The notes: generated by a model not told the origin, from the sequence alone. 64,000 nucleotides of DNA from Thermoanaerobaculum sp. (GCA_021154885.1 JAJKHS010000041.1:66441-130440), one strand, 5' to 3'. Positions 53,816 through 64,000 are shown, counted from the stretch's first letter. Translations and numbers: made by a program.

Positions 53816-54643
53816 TCACGATTTGACGCACATGCGCCGCTGGTTCGACCACTCGTACTGGCAGCCGTAGCTGCCCGTGCCGAAGAACGGCGAGGGCGTC
53901 CAGGCGCATTTGTCGTCGATCTCGGCGCCTGAGCTGTCCCACCAGCCGCCGCCCGTCGGATCGGTCACCGCCTCGCGGGTTTCGTGACAGAAGAAGTGCT
54001 CCTGGTTCTGCACGTCCGACCAGCTCGTGACCTTGCAGCCGCTGCAGCTCGGATAAGGCTGGATCGAATACTTGATGGCGTTGGCGCCGCTGCCGTTCGA
54101 GCTGTGATAAGCGCAGTAGGCGAGGGCGGGGCCGCCGCACGAGGTGGCTCCCGTGCCGTCGTCGGAGTACGAGGTCCTCGGGATCACCACCTCGTAGACC
54201 GTGCTGGCGTCGAAGGCATTGAACGCCAGATAACGGTTCACCTCGGCCCGGACGTTTGAGTCGGTGACCTTGGCCGGCGGCGCCGAGGTGTCGAACCAGT
54301 CGGGGGTTCCCGCGCCGAGGTTCGACGGTTGCACTCCGTACTCCTGAAGGACTTTGTATTCGGGGCTGGTGCCGAACTGGTTGCGGTCGGCCTGCAAGGT
54401 CCGGGCGTACGCGAAATCGGGAGAGGCGGCGTTGTTGAAGCTCGGTCCCCAGAAGACGAAGACCACTTTCGCCGAGACGATGATCCCGCCGCCATGGTTG
54501 ATCACGTTTCCGGCCTTGGCCACGATGGCGCCCCGGGCCGGAGTGTAGATGATTTGGGCCGGCAGCTCCTGGGCCGCGGCGGTCGCGGCCATGGCCAGGC
54601 CGCAAGACAGCGCCAACGGGTACTTGAGATCCTTCAGTCTCAT
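53816..54643 (-). CDS. Secreted Phi-1/EXORDIUM-like protein
   Basis: Signal peptide; CAYHS, HETREAVTDP, WWD..G.EIDDKC. Confidence 0.65.
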   Translation of the reverse strand: MRLKDLKYPLALSCGLAMAATAAAQELPAQIIYTPARGAIVAKAGNVINHGGGIIVSAKVVFVFWGPSFNNAASPDFAYARTLQADRNQFGTSPEYKVLQEYGVQPSNLGAGTPDWFDTSAPPAKVTDSNVRAEVNRYLAFNAFDASTVYEVVIPRTSYSDDGTGATSCGGPALAYCAYHSSNGSGANAIKYSIQPYPSCSGCKVTSWSDVQNQEHFFCHETREAVTDPTGGGWWDSSGAEIDDKCAWTPSPFFGTGSYGCQYEWSNQRRMCVKS

Positions 54644-54724
54644 CACGACCTCCTTCATAGATCGTCGTCGAATGGCTCTCGATCGCTCTACAGATCAGAG
54701 TGCGGGAGGTCGTGAAAAGCGCGC

Positions 54725-55156
54725 TCACTCCGTCCGCTTGCGCAGCTCCATGAGCTTGGCCTGCTGCGGCTCGCTGAGCAGGTTCTTGAGGCGAATGAGG
54801 AGAGAGAGCTGCGTCCGCTTGATGTCCCGCTCGAGGGCCAGGACCTTGTCCGCCGCCGCCAGCACCGCCGCCTCGTCCACCGGCCGGGCCTGAAGCAGGT
54901 GGACCATCTTCTGGGTCGCCTCTTGCAGCTCAAACTGCAGGTCGACGAACTTCGACTGGGCCTTCTGCACGCTCTCCTTGACCGCCGTGCGCTGCCGCTC
55001 GTCGAGGCCGAGGTCCTGGCTGTACTTCATCACCACGTCGGGCGGGAAGAGGTATTTGCCGAGCGGATCGTCGCCCGCGGGCTCGGCCCACGCGACGGCG
55101 GCGGTGGCGAGCGCGGCGAGGAGGAGGAAAAGGGCTCTCAGTTTCATAGTGCTCAT
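54725..55156 (-). CDS. Periplasmic Spy/CpxP/heavy-metal-sensor-like helical protein
   Basis: Signal peptide; LGLDERQ, LSEPQQAKL. Confidence 0.75.
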   Translation of the reverse strand: MSTMKLRALFLLLAALATAAVAWAEPAGDDPLGKYLFPPDVVMKYSQDLGLDERQRTAVKESVQKAQSKFVDLQFELQEATQKMVHLLQARPVDEAAVLAAADKVLALERDIKRTQLSLLIRLKNLLSEPQQAKLMELRKRTE

Positions 55157-55575
55157 GACGGGGATCTCCTTTCTTGAGAGGGTGGGGTTGGGCTGAAATC
55201 GAGCAGGCTGCGGTCGAGGCGCGCCGGGTCGGCGAGGATCTCCCGGCCGGAGGTTTCGAGCAGGAACTCGGTGGGGGAGCGCCACTCGGCGAGCGACGAC
55301 GCGCCTTCAGCGGAGGCTCCGCCGGCAGGGGGGCCGGGCTTCCGCAGGCCGAGCCAGGCGGCGAGCGCGACGAGCACGACGAGGGCGATCGCCGCCGCGG
55401 CCGCTGCCAGCAGGCGGGGACGCCGTGGCGAGGGGCTGCGCCGGGAGCGCGCCCGGCCGCGCCGCACCACCTCGGCGAAGGGCGGGCACTGCTCCCCCTC
55501 TTCGCGGCGCAAGGCCGAGAAGGCCGCCGCCAGCTCGCGATCGTCGCGTTCGCGTTCGCGGTCACCGCGGCTCAT
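55153..55575 (-). CDS. Putative single-TM anti-sigma factor
   Basis: One TM segment; overlaps the ECF gene and the next gene by 4 nt. Confidence 0.65.
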   Translation of the reverse strand: MSRGDRERERDDRELAAAFSALRREEGEQCPPFAEVVRRGRARSRRSPSPRRPRLLAAAAAAIALVVLVALAAWLGLRKPGPPAGGASAEGASSLAEWRSPTEFLLETSGREILADPARLDRSLLDFSPTPPSQERRSPS

Positions 55576-56105
55576 GGCCGGGCCTCCTGCGCGAGCGGTG
55601 CGAAGGGGCCGAGCCGCTCCTGAAGTCCCGCCTTGCCGCGGTGGTAGTGCGTGCGGGCGCTGCCCAGCGAGATGCCGAGGACGCGCGCCGCCTCTTCGAC
55701 GGTCAGGTCCTGATAGAAGACGAGATGGAGCACTTCGCGCTGGCGGGCCGGCAGGGCTTGCAGCGCCGCGCGCAGGGAGCGGCTCGTCTCCGCGGCGCCG
55801 AGGAGCGACTCGGGGGTCGGCACCGGCGCCGGGCTCGGGCGCCCGTCGCGCCAGCGCAGGCCCGCCACGCTGCGCAGCCAGCGGCTGCGTCGCCGCTCGG
55901 CCGCGGTGCGGCGGATGACGCCGAAGAGCCACGTCTTGAAGCTCGACCGCTCGTCGAAGCGGGCGCGGCCGTCCAGGATCTTGAGATAGGTCATCTGCAG
56001 CACCTCCTCGGCTTCGTCCCGATCCCACCGGCAGCAACTGAGGGCCCAGCCGGCGCTGGCCGGGTGGAGCTCCTCGAGGCATCGTTCGACGGGTTCGCCG
56101 GTCAT
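55572..56105 (-). CDS. ECF RNA polymerase sigma factor
   Basis: AEEVLQ, SFKTWLF, LPARQREV..L, EEAA..LGISLG. Confidence 0.92.
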   Translation of the reverse strand: MTGEPVERCLEELHPASAGWALSCCRWDRDEAEEVLQMTYLKILDGRARFDERSSFKTWLFGVIRRTAAERRRSRWLRSVAGLRWRDGRPSPAPVPTPESLLGAAETSRSLRAALQALPARQREVLHLVFYQDLTVEEAARVLGISLGSARTHYHRGKAGLQERLGPFAPLAQEARP

Positions 56106-56245
56106 CGGGCTCCGGTCCTCGCGGCGCAGGTGCGAGGGGCGTTCATGACCTGAGTGGTGCGGGAGGGCGGGGTCATATGACCTGGGGCTGAAAATCTCGG
56201 TTAGGTGACCGGAGGACAACTGTGCTAGGGTCTCAGACCATTCTT

Positions 56246-56261
56246 TGGCACCGTAGCTGCG
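56246..56261 (+). promoter_or_regulatory. Possible sigma54 promoter
   Basis: TGGCAC-CGTAG-CTGCG (GG-N10-GC). Confidence 0.45.
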
Positions 56262-56437
56262 ACCTCAGGCGTCCCGACGAAGCTCATAGGAGGTGAGACC
56301 GTGTCGGACCTAGTCAGGGGTGGCGTGAGCCGCCGCCTCGTCTTCCCAGCCTCCCTGTCTACTTTTGCGCCCTGCCTGTTTTCCGGGCTCATGGAGCCCG
56401 TGTTTTCAACGCCTTGCCAGATTCAGGAGGTAACATC

Positions 56438-59400
56438 TTGTTGAGCCTCGCCCGAGGTAGCATCGTTCTGATCGCCGTGCTCACCTGCCTCTCGCCCGCG
56501 GGAGCGGTTTCCGCTCCCCCCCTCTTGGCCAGGCCCTCGCTCGGCAACATGGTCGATGCCCGGGTCAATTACAAGCAGGCGTACGAACGGGCCACCGCCG
56601 TGCGTGGCGCGCGGGTGGCCTCCGGCCTCTCCGAGGCCCGTACCCAGGCGGCATCCATCGCCACCGCCATCGCCAAGCACCGGGCCTCGCAGCCCGGTCT
56701 CGAGGTGAGGCTGTCGAACCTGACCGGCGCTCCGTCGGCGGTACGCAGCAAGATCGGCCCGCTGACCGGGCCCGCCCCGGGCCGCAGCAGCGAGGACATC
56801 GTCCGCGACTTCCTGCGCCAGTACGGCGACGTCTACGGCCTGTCGAGCGCCGACGCCGCCGACCTCGTCGCCCTGGGGGACAGCCCCGGCGGCACGAGCG
56901 GCCTGCGCATGCTCCGCCTGGAGCAGCAGATCGACGGCCGTCCCGTGTTCCAGAGCGAGACCCGCTTCCTCCTCGACCGTGAGGGGCGGCTGATGAAGAC
57001 CCTCGGCCTGATGGTGCCGCATGCGCGCGCCTTCGCCGGGCGGGTCGATCCGGCGAGCCTGATGCTGCCGGAGCAGGCCGTCGTCCGCCTGCTCGAGGCC
57101 GACGGCAAGACCGCCGTGGCTTCGTCGTTCGCCGTCGCCGCCGAGGAGAACGGACGGATGGTGCTGTCGGAGAACGACGGCTTCGTCGCCGGCCCCATCG
57201 CCGCCCGCCAGGTGCTCTTCCCGCTCGCCCCCGGCCTGCTGGTGCCGGCCTGGTCGCTGGTGGTGTTCACCGAGGGCGATCAGGACTGGTACGCCATCGT
57301 CGACGCCGAGACCGGCGACGTGCTGTGGCGCAAGAACATCCGCGACTACGCCTCGGCTCACGACGCCCGCTTCCGCGTCTACGTGCAGGCCGACGGCACG
57401 ACGCCGGCCGACAGCCCGGCGCCCCAGTCGCCGGACACCGCGGTGCCCGGCGGCGGCACTCAGTACCCGGAGATCGCGCCCACGGTCGTCAGCATGCACA
57501 CCGCCATGGACCCGGTCGCGAGCCCGAACGGCTGGATCGACGATTGCCCGGCCGGCGGCTGCACCGCCAACGAGACCCAGACCCTGGGCAACAACGCGGT
57601 CGCCTGCCTGGACCGGACGGTCGGCGGAGCGAACACCAACGCCTGCGATACGGATGTCAACAGCGTGCTCGATGGCAGCGGGAAGCCGATGGGCAACCCG
57701 GACTCCAACAGCCGCAACCGCGACTTCCTCGGCACCACGCCGCGCGACTTCCAGACCGGCTTCATCCCGCCGCCGCAGGGCGGCAACCCGGAAGCCGGCC
57801 AGTCGGCGACCAACGCCGTGACGGCCACGTCGGCCGCCGAGAACAGCTTCCGCCGCGGCGTCGTGACCCACCTCTTCTACGTCGTCAACTGGTATCACGA
57901 CCAGCTCTTCAAGCTCGGCTTCGACGAGGCCGCGGGCAACTTCCAGCGCACCAACTTCAGCGGCATGGGCCTGGGCAACGACCGCGTCAATGCCGACGCG
58001 GAGGACGGCGGCAGCACCAACAACGCCAACTTCTCGACGCCGCCCGACGGCACCTCGGGACGGGCGCAGATGTACCGCTTCACGGGTCCCACCATCGACC
58101 GCGACGGCGACCTCGACCAGGAAGTGCTGATGCACGAGCTGACGCACGGCACCAGCAACCGGCTGGTGGGCAACGCCGCCGGCCTCAACTGGGATCCGGC
58201 GCGCGGCATGGGCGAGGGCTGGAGCGACTTCGTGGCCCTCTCCCTGCTCAACAACACCAACGCCGACAATCCCGTGGGCCAGTACGCGAGCGGCGCCTAC
58301 GCCACCTACAAGTTCCTGGGTTTACTCGACAACTACGTCTACGGCATCCGCCGCTTCCCCTACACCCCCAATCACGCCATCAACCCGATGACCTGGGCCG
58401 ACGTCGACGACGTCACCTACAACACGAGCGGCGGGATCCCCGAGACCCCAATCCCCAATTTCAGCCTGGCCGGCGCCATGGAGGTCCACAACTCGGGCGA
58501 GATCTGGGCCTTGACTCTGTGGGGGGTGCGCTCCCGGATCATCCTGGATCCGGTAGGGGCCAACGGCAACGTGCCGGCCGGCAACCACACGATGCTTCAA
58601 CTGGTCATCAACGGGCTCAAGATGACGCCGATCAACCCGAGCTTCACCGACGCCCGTAATGCCATCATCGACGCCGACTGCGCCACCAACGCCTGCGCCA
58701 ACGAGCAGTCGATCTGGGACGGCTTCGCCGACCGCGGTCTGGGCTACGGCGCCCATGCCGATTACAACGTCATCGGCCGCTACGTGGCGAGCCACGAGGG
58801 CGTCCACGAGTCGTTCACCTCGCCGGTGCTCGACGTGGTCGATCCCTTGACCGACGTCACCATCGACGACAGCGCCGACAACAACAACGGCGCCGTCGAT
58901 CCGGGCGAGGCGGTCAAGCTCACGGTCAAGCTGACCAACCCCTGGCGCGGCGCGGGCAAGGCCGTCACCGGCGGCACGGCGACCCTCACCACCTCCACCC
59001 CCGGCGTGACGATCTACGACAACACGGCGAGCTTCGGCGCCATCGCGCCGCAGGGCACGGCCGTCGCCGGTGACAGCTTCACCATCACCGTGGATCCGTC
59101 GGTCGTCTGCGGCAGCGCCATCGACTTCACGCTTTCCACCACCTCGAACATCGGCACCACCTCCACCACCTTCCGCCTGCGGGTGGGCAACCGCAACGGC
59201 ACCGACGCGGTCGTGACCTACACGGGCGATCCCAATCCGGACCTCACCATCACCAACGGCCGCCCCCGCGGCGTCTTCCATCAGATCAACGTCACCGACG
59301 ACTTCGAGATCGCGGACGTCAATTTCCGCCTCGACAGCGTCACCCACCCCGGCGTCGGCGACCTGACCGCCATGCTGCGCTCGCCGGGCGGCATCGGCGT

Positions 59401-61126
59401 CGACATGGTCATGTTGATCGACGGTCTCAACGACCTCGGCGGCACCAGCATCGTCAACATGGTGATCGACGACGACGTGGTGCCCGGACCGACGACCGAC
59501 ATGGTCGAGGCGACGACAGCCGACGCGCCGTACACCCGGTCGTGGCTGCCGGTCTACAACTCGCCCTGGGCGGCCCTCGTCAATCCGGCTCTGCCGGCGG
59601 ACCCCGTGGGCAACCTGACGCCTTTCAACGGCTTGAGCACCAAGGGAACCTGGTCGACGCTGATGGCCGACGTGTTCACGGCGTCTCAGGGTGGCACGGA
59701 CGGCAACGGCACCTTCAACGCCTGGTCGATCCTCGTCACGCCCGTCCACTTCGACTGCGTGGCCTTCGTGGCGTCGGCCGCCGTGACGGCGACCAAGACG
59801 GTGACCGGCACCTTCCGGGTCGGCGGCACCGTGACCTACACCGTGACGCTCACCAACAACGGCACCGCCAACCAGGCTGACAACGCCGGCCACGAATTCA
59901 CCGACACCCTGCCGGCCGGCCTGACGCTGGTCAGCGCCACCGCCACCAGCGGCACGGCGGCGACCGCGGGCAACACCGTCAACTGGGACGGCTCGCTCGC
60001 ACCTCTGGGCGGCAGCGTCACCATCACCATCACCGCCACCGTCAACGCCGGTGCTCAAGGCACGACGATCAGCAACCAGGGCACCGCGTCATTCGACAGC
60101 AACAACGACGGCACCAACGACGCGACTGCCTCCACCGACGATCCGGGAGTCGGCGGCGCCACCGACCCGACGGTCTTCGCCGTCGCCAACGCCGCGGTGA
60201 CGGGCACCAAGACGGTGAGCGGCACCTTCAAGACCGGCGGCACCGTCACCTACACCATCGTGCTCTCGAACTCGGGCTCGTCGGCCTCGCCCGACAACCC
60301 CGGCAACGAGCTCACCGACGCCGTGCCCGCCGGCCTGACGGTCGTCAGCGCCACCGCCACCAGCGGCACGGCGGCCAACGCGGGCAACAACGTCACCTGG
60401 AACGGCAGCATCCCGGCAGCCGGCAGCGTGACCCTCACCATCACCGCCACGGTCAACGCCGGCGCGCAGGGGACCACGCAATGCAACCAGGCGAGCTTCG
60501 CCTTCGACGCCGACCTGAACGGCACCAACGAATCGACGGGCACGACGGATGATCCGGCGGTCGGCGGTGCCAACGACCCGACGTGTCTGGCGGTCCAGGG
60601 AGTGGCTCTCTCGGCCACCAAGACCGCGAGCGGCACCTTCGTGACCGGCAGCACGGTGACCTACACGGTGGTCATCTCCAACACCGGCAACACGGCCTCG
60701 CTCGACACCCCCGCCAGCGACGAGTTCACCGACGTCCTGCCGGCGTCGCTGACGCTGGTCAACGCCACGGCGACCTCGGGCACGGCGACGCCGAGCGGCA
60801 ACACCGTGACCTGGAACGGGACCATCCCCGCCGGCGGCACCGTGACCATCACCATCACCGCCACCATCAACGTCGGCTTTGCGCAGACCACGGTCAGCAA
60901 CCAGGGGAGAGTCTCCTTCGACTCCGACCTCGACGGCACCAACGACACGACGGTCCAGACCGACGACCCGGCGGTCGGCGGCGCCAGCGACCCGACGACG
61001 TTCGTGGTCTCCCCGGCCACGGCGGCCGAGGTGCCGACGCTCTCCGAGTGGGGCCTTGCTCTCCTCGGTCTCAGCCTGCTCCTCGCCGGCTGGAGCGTGA
61101 TGCGCCGCCGGACGGAGCGGGCTTAA
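56438..61126 (+). CDS. M36 (fungalysin) metallopeptidase with propeptide, P-domain-like region, 3 DUF11-like repeats and IPTL-CTERM
   Basis: HELTHG, GEGWSD, EVH.SGEIW; VTYT..L.N.G repeats; VPTLSEWG-TM-RRR; TTG start after AGGAGGT. Confidence 0.9.
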   Translation: MLSLARGSIVLIAVLTCLSPAGAVSAPPLLARPSLGNMVDARVNYKQAYERATAVRGARVASGLSEARTQAASIATAIAKHRASQPGLEVRLSNLTGAPSAVRSKIGPLTGPAPGRSSEDIVRDFLRQYGDVYGLSSADAADLVALGDSPGGTSGLRMLRLEQQIDGRPVFQSETRFLLDREGRLMKTLGLMVPHARAFAGRVDPASLMLPEQAVVRLLEADGKTAVASSFAVAAEENGRMVLSENDGFVAGPIAARQVLFPLAPGLLVPAWSLVVFTEGDQDWYAIVDAETGDVLWRKNIRDYASAHDARFRVYVQADGTTPADSPAPQSPDTAVPGGGTQYPEIAPTVVSMHTAMDPVASPNGWIDDCPAGGCTANETQTLGNNAVACLDRTVGGANTNACDTDVNSVLDGSGKPMGNPDSNSRNRDFLGTTPRDFQTGFIPPPQGGNPEAGQSATNAVTATSAAENSFRRGVVTHLFYVVNWYHDQLFKLGFDEAAGNFQRTNFSGMGLGNDRVNADAEDGGSTNNANFSTPPDGTSGRAQMYRFTGPTIDRDGDLDQEVLMHELTHGTSNRLVGNAAGLNWDPARGMGEGWSDFVALSLLNNTNADNPVGQYASGAYATYKFLGLLDNYVYGIRRFPYTPNHAINPMTWADVDDVTYNTSGGIPETPIPNFSLAGAMEVHNSGEIWALTLWGVRSRIILDPVGANGNVPAGNHTMLQLVINGLKMTPINPSFTDARNAIIDADCATNACANEQSIWDGFADRGLGYGAHADYNVIGRYVASHEGVHESFTSPVLDVVDPLTDVTIDDSADNNNGAVDPGEAVKLTVKLTNPWRGAGKAVTGGTATLTTSTPGVTIYDNTASFGAIAPQGTAVAGDSFTITVDPSVVCGSAIDFTLSTTSNIGTTSTTFRLRVGNRNGTDAVVTYTGDPNPDLTITNGRPRGVFHQINVTDDFEIADVNFRLDSVTHPGVGDLTAMLRSPGGIGVDMVMLIDGLNDLGGTSIVNMVIDDDVVPGPTTDMVEATTADAPYTRSWLPVYNSPWAALVNPALPADPVGNLTPFNGLSTKGTWSTLMADVFTASQGGTDGNGTFNAWSILVTPVHFDCVAFVASAAVTATKTVTGTFRVGGTVTYTVTLTNNGTANQADNAGHEFTDTLPAGLTLVSATATSGTAATAGNTVNWDGSLAPLGGSVTITITATVNAGAQGTTISNQGTASFDSNNDGTNDATASTDDPGVGGATDPTVFAVANAAVTGTKTVSGTFKTGGTVTYTIVLSNSGSSASPDNPGNELTDAVPAGLTVVSATATSGTAANAGNNVTWNGSIPAAGSVTLTITATVNAGAQGTTQCNQASFAFDADLNGTNESTGTTDDPAVGGANDPTCLAVQGVALSATKTASGTFVTGSTVTYTVVISNTGNTASLDTPASDEFTDVLPASLTLVNATATSGTATPSGNTVTWNGTIPAGGTVTITITATINVGFAQTTVSNQGRVSFDSDLDGTNDTTVQTDDPAVGGASDPTTFVVSPATAAEVPTLSEWGLALLGLSLLLAGWSVMRRRTERA

Positions 61127-61166
61127 GGCTCGCAGCCGCACTCGCGGTCACCTGGCGGGCGTTGAC

Positions 61167-61204
61167 GACGCCCCACCCCGCAGTCCGGGGGTGGGGCGTT
61201 TTTT
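61167..61204 (+). terminator. Intrinsic terminator
   Basis: GACGCCCCACCCC...GGGGTGGGGCGTT followed by a T run. Confidence 0.85.
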
Positions 61205-61312
61205 ATTGGAGACTTGATTGAAAGCCTGTAACGCACTGGCCGTGCGCTACGCCTATCTACGTGTGGGAGACCTTCCGGGTCTCCGAGCTGTCGTCGAAAG
61301 GAGATGTCGCAC

Positions 61313-62164
61313 ATGTCAAGACTCGGCCCGTCCGCCATGCAGCGCCGCGGAGACTCGGCCCGCCGATGCCTGACCCCGCCTCGTGCTGCGATCTGCCTTG
61401 CGCTCGTCGCCCTGCTCGCCGTGCCCGTCGCACGCGCTCAGGAGACTTCCTTCGTCGACTGGGTCCGCCAGTCCGGCTTCATTTTCATCGGCACGGTGAA
61501 GGCCCTTGGCGCCGCCACGCCGACGATCGTGCGCGAGCCGAACAGCGCCGTGGTCACGGTCGACCGTGTCCTGGAGACGTCGGCACCGGTTGGCAACCCG
61601 ACGGGGCGCGACGTGACCGTCCGTCTCCGGAATCCGCAGAAGACCCAACCCGGGGAGCGGGCGGTCTTCTTCACCTACGTCCACTCGGCCGGGGCGACGC
61701 TCGGCCTGATCGAGGTGGCGTCACAGCCGCCGGACCCGCCGGAGGTGCTCGACCGGCGTATCCAGGACGCGCGCCGGACCCTCGCCGACCAGGCTCTCGC
61801 GTCGCGGCTCGCCAGCGCCCAACTCGTGGTCGTCGGCGTGGTCGGCGAGGCGAAGCCCACCGCCGAGGCGCTGGATCCGATCAGCGAGCACGATCCGCGG
61901 TGGTGGCGCGCGCCGATCCGCGTCGAATCGTTCGAGAAGGGAAAGGCGACGGGGCAGCCGGTGTATGTGAACGTCGCCTACGGCGACGACGTGGTCTGGC
62001 GGACCGCGCCCAAGCCCAAGGCCGGAGACGGGGGCATCTTCCTGTTGCAGCCCGATCGTGAGAAGCGCTTCCGCGTTTCCGGCCTGTTCCTGATCGATCC
62101 ACTGGACTGGTTGCCGAAGAGCGAGCTCGAACGGGTCCGCCGGCTCCTCAAGGCGTCGCGCTAA
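61313..62164 (+). CDS. Secreted hypothetical protein with two similar beta-rich halves
   Basis: Signal peptide ending ARA; S.FIFIGTV and AQLVVVGVV starts. Confidence 0.7.
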   Translation: MSRLGPSAMQRRGDSARRCLTPPRAAICLALVALLAVPVARAQETSFVDWVRQSGFIFIGTVKALGAATPTIVREPNSAVVTVDRVLETSAPVGNPTGRDVTVRLRNPQKTQPGERAVFFTYVHSAGATLGLIEVASQPPDPPEVLDRRIQDARRTLADQALASRLASAQLVVVGVVGEAKPTAEALDPISEHDPRWWRAPIRVESFEKGKATGQPVYVNVAYGDDVVWRTAPKPKAGDGGIFLLQPDREKRFRVSGLFLIDPLDWLPKSELERVRRLLKASR

Positions 62165-62192
62165 AGGCTGGAGAGACCACGGAGAAACGGCC

Positions 62193-64000
62193 ATGAGAAC
62201 CTCGACAGTCGCACAGTTCCGTCATGCCCTCGCGCTCGCCGTGCTGGCGCTCGCGGCCGCGCCCGCCGCGCTCGCGCAGGTGAAGGTGGTCGACATGATC
62301 CCCACCGCGATGAGCGACGAGACGAACTTCGATACCGAGCCTTACGTGGCCGTGAACCCGGCCAGCCCGAAGATTGTGGCCGCCACGGCGTTCATGATGA
62401 CGCCTCTCGGCTCGCCAAACGGCCCGTTGCTCGTCTCCATCGACGGCGGCTCGACCTGGGTGACGCGCAACATCATCCCGTCCCGCCCGGGCGGCCTGAA
62501 CACGTTCGACGTGACGATCGGCTTCAACAGTGCGGGGACGGCGTTCTACGCCGGACTCCTGCGCGATAACACGGTGCAGCTCGAGGTCCAGCGGACGATG
62601 GACATGAATCTCAACACCGCGCTCGCCACGGTGAACACGCCGCGGGGGACGGACCAGCCCTACATCTACTCGCGCACGGTCACCGGGTCGCCCGACGCCG
62701 GCAAGGACCGCGTGTGGGTGGGCAACAACGAGGGGGCGGTGAGCCCTGCCAGCGCCACCGTCGACCAGTCGCTCGACGCCGGCATCGCCATACCGGCGTT
62801 CACGCAGGTCCGCATCGACGCCGGCACCCCGGTCGCCCGCGACAACTACCAGGTGCGCACGGTCGCGCACGCCGACGGTCATGTCTACGCGGCGTTCTAC
62901 CGGCGCAAAGGGAACGTCGCGGGCGGCTACAACGCCGACGTGGTAGTGGTGCGCGACGACGACTGGGGCAAGACCCTGCCTCCCTTCCGCAGTCTCGTGG
63001 ACACGGTCACCCTGGTGGCTGGCCAGAACGTCGTCGCAGCGACGCGGGTCTCCGACACGCTCGGCAGCAGCGTCGCCCTGGGGCGCGAATGGTGGGGCGG
63101 CGACCTCTACCTGACAGTCGATCCGAACAACTCCGCGCGCGTCTACATCTCCTATTCCGACAGCCGGACGGGCGCGGAGCGGACCCTGCATCTGCGCCGC
63201 TCGACCGATTTCGGGCAGACCTGGAGCGCCGACCTCCTGACCACGCCGAGCGCCAAGAACGCCGCGATCGCGATCAACCGTCTGGGGACGATCGGCTATC
63301 TCTACCAGCGGCTCGCCGGCACCTCCCCGAACCTGCGTTGGCAGACCCACCTGCGCCGCTCGGCGGACGGCGGCACGACGTGGGATGATGCGACGCTCGC
63401 CGACTTTCCCGCCGAAGGGCCCAGCGCGCCCTCAGGCGCGCGGATCGTCGGCGACTACCTGAACATGGTCGCCGTGGGCACCAGCTTCTACGGCGTCTTC
63501 TCCTCTTACAACGACCCGGTGAACGCGAGCTTCCCCGTTGGCGTGACCTGGCTCCGCAACAGGACGCCGGACGGCGACCCGATGCCGCGTCTGCTCGGCG
63601 TCGACGGCGTCACCACGGTGGCACCGTCGATCGATCCATTCTTCTTCATTGCCAAGGGGCCTCAGCCGCAGATCCAGGTGCCGGGCGCTCTCGACCTGGG
63701 GAAGACCTGCGTCGGGGTGAAGGGCGTGGGAACGCTCGACGTCTGCAACACCGGCAACGACGACCTGATCGTCGACGCCATCACCTCGTCGAATCCCAGG
63801 TTCTCCGTGGCCGCGCCGTCCGCCGGCTTCCCGGTGATGATCAGTCACGATTTCTGTTTCCCGTTCCAGGTCGTCTTCAACTCCGCCGCCACGGGCTCCC
63901 AGTCGGCGACTTTGACGATCTCGAGCAATGACCCGGATCACCCCAAGGTCGACGTTCAGGTTTCCGGCAACGGCACCGAGCCCGACGTCCGGGTCACCGG
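62193..64000 (+). CDS. Secreted Asp-box (BNR) propeller protein with Ig-like (ASH/choice-of-anchor D-like) domains; runs off the window
   Basis: Signal peptide; SIDGGSTW, STDFGQTW, SADGGTTW; NTGNDDL..ISSNDPD; absent from the ORF track because it has no stop. Confidence 0.8.
   Translation, partial: MRTSTVAQFRHALALAVLALAAAPAALAQVKVVDMIPTAMSDETNFDTEPYVAVNPASPKIVAATAFMMTPLGSPNGPLLVSIDGGSTWVTRNIIPSRPGGLNTFDVTIGFNSAGTAFYAGLLRDNTVQLEVQRTMDMNLNTALATVNTPRGTDQPYIYSRTVTGSPDAGKDRVWVGNNEGAVSPASATVDQSLDAGIAIPAFTQVRIDAGTPVARDNYQVRTVAHADGHVYAAFYRRKGNVAGGYNADVVVVRDDDWGKTLPPFRSLVDTVTLVAGQNVVAATRVSDTLGSSVALGREWWGGDLYLTVDPNNSARVYISYSDSRTGAERTLHLRRSTDFGQTWSADLLTTPSAKNAAIAINRLGTIGYLYQRLAGTSPNLRWQTHLRRSADGGTTWDDATLADFPAEGPSAPSGARIVGDYLNMVAVGTSFYGVFSSYNDPVNASFPVGVTWLRNRTPDGDPMPRLLGVDGVTTVAPSIDPFFFIAKGPQPQIQVPGALDLGKTCVGVKGVGTLDVCNTGNDDLIVDAITSSNPRFSVAAPSAGFPVMISHDFCFPFQVVFNSAATGSQSATLTISSNDPDHPKVDVQVSGNGTEPDVRVT

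Noticed and set aside
59781-61010. Three long DNA repeats in the M36 gene as a diversification cassette
   Set aside because: Ordinary tandem DUF11-like domains; no reverse transcriptase or recombinase nearby.

Overview
High-GC bacterial window; gene style and an IPTL-CTERM protein suggest Acidobacteriota/Thermoanaerobaculia (inference only). The left half (1-30 kb) is mostly housekeeping: der, thrC-like, thiolase, speB, radC, larC, hslO, metG, tatD and the rimP-nusA-infB-rbfA-truB-rpsO-pnp superoperon. It is interspersed with five toxin-antitoxin-type modules (two decayed), a small Cys-rich secreted peptide and a 105-bp/21-bp hierarchical tandem array. The right half is accessory and rich in secreted proteins. 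The main candidate system (31-42 kb) is a giant secreted Ig/DNRLRE scaffold ending in a ZU5-like junction and a DUF6973-like tip, followed by a coupled immunity-like gene and a second giant Ca-repeat/LVIVD protein; a GT-B-like gene and a Tat-exported vanadium haloperoxidase follow. Two small genes 6.8 kb apart share a sigma54 promoter preceded by an 11-bp-phased TGAC-N2-GTCA array. Many genes appear leaderless. No rRNA, tRNA, CRISPR array, transposase or integrase was seen. All family calls are from motif recognition, not database searches.
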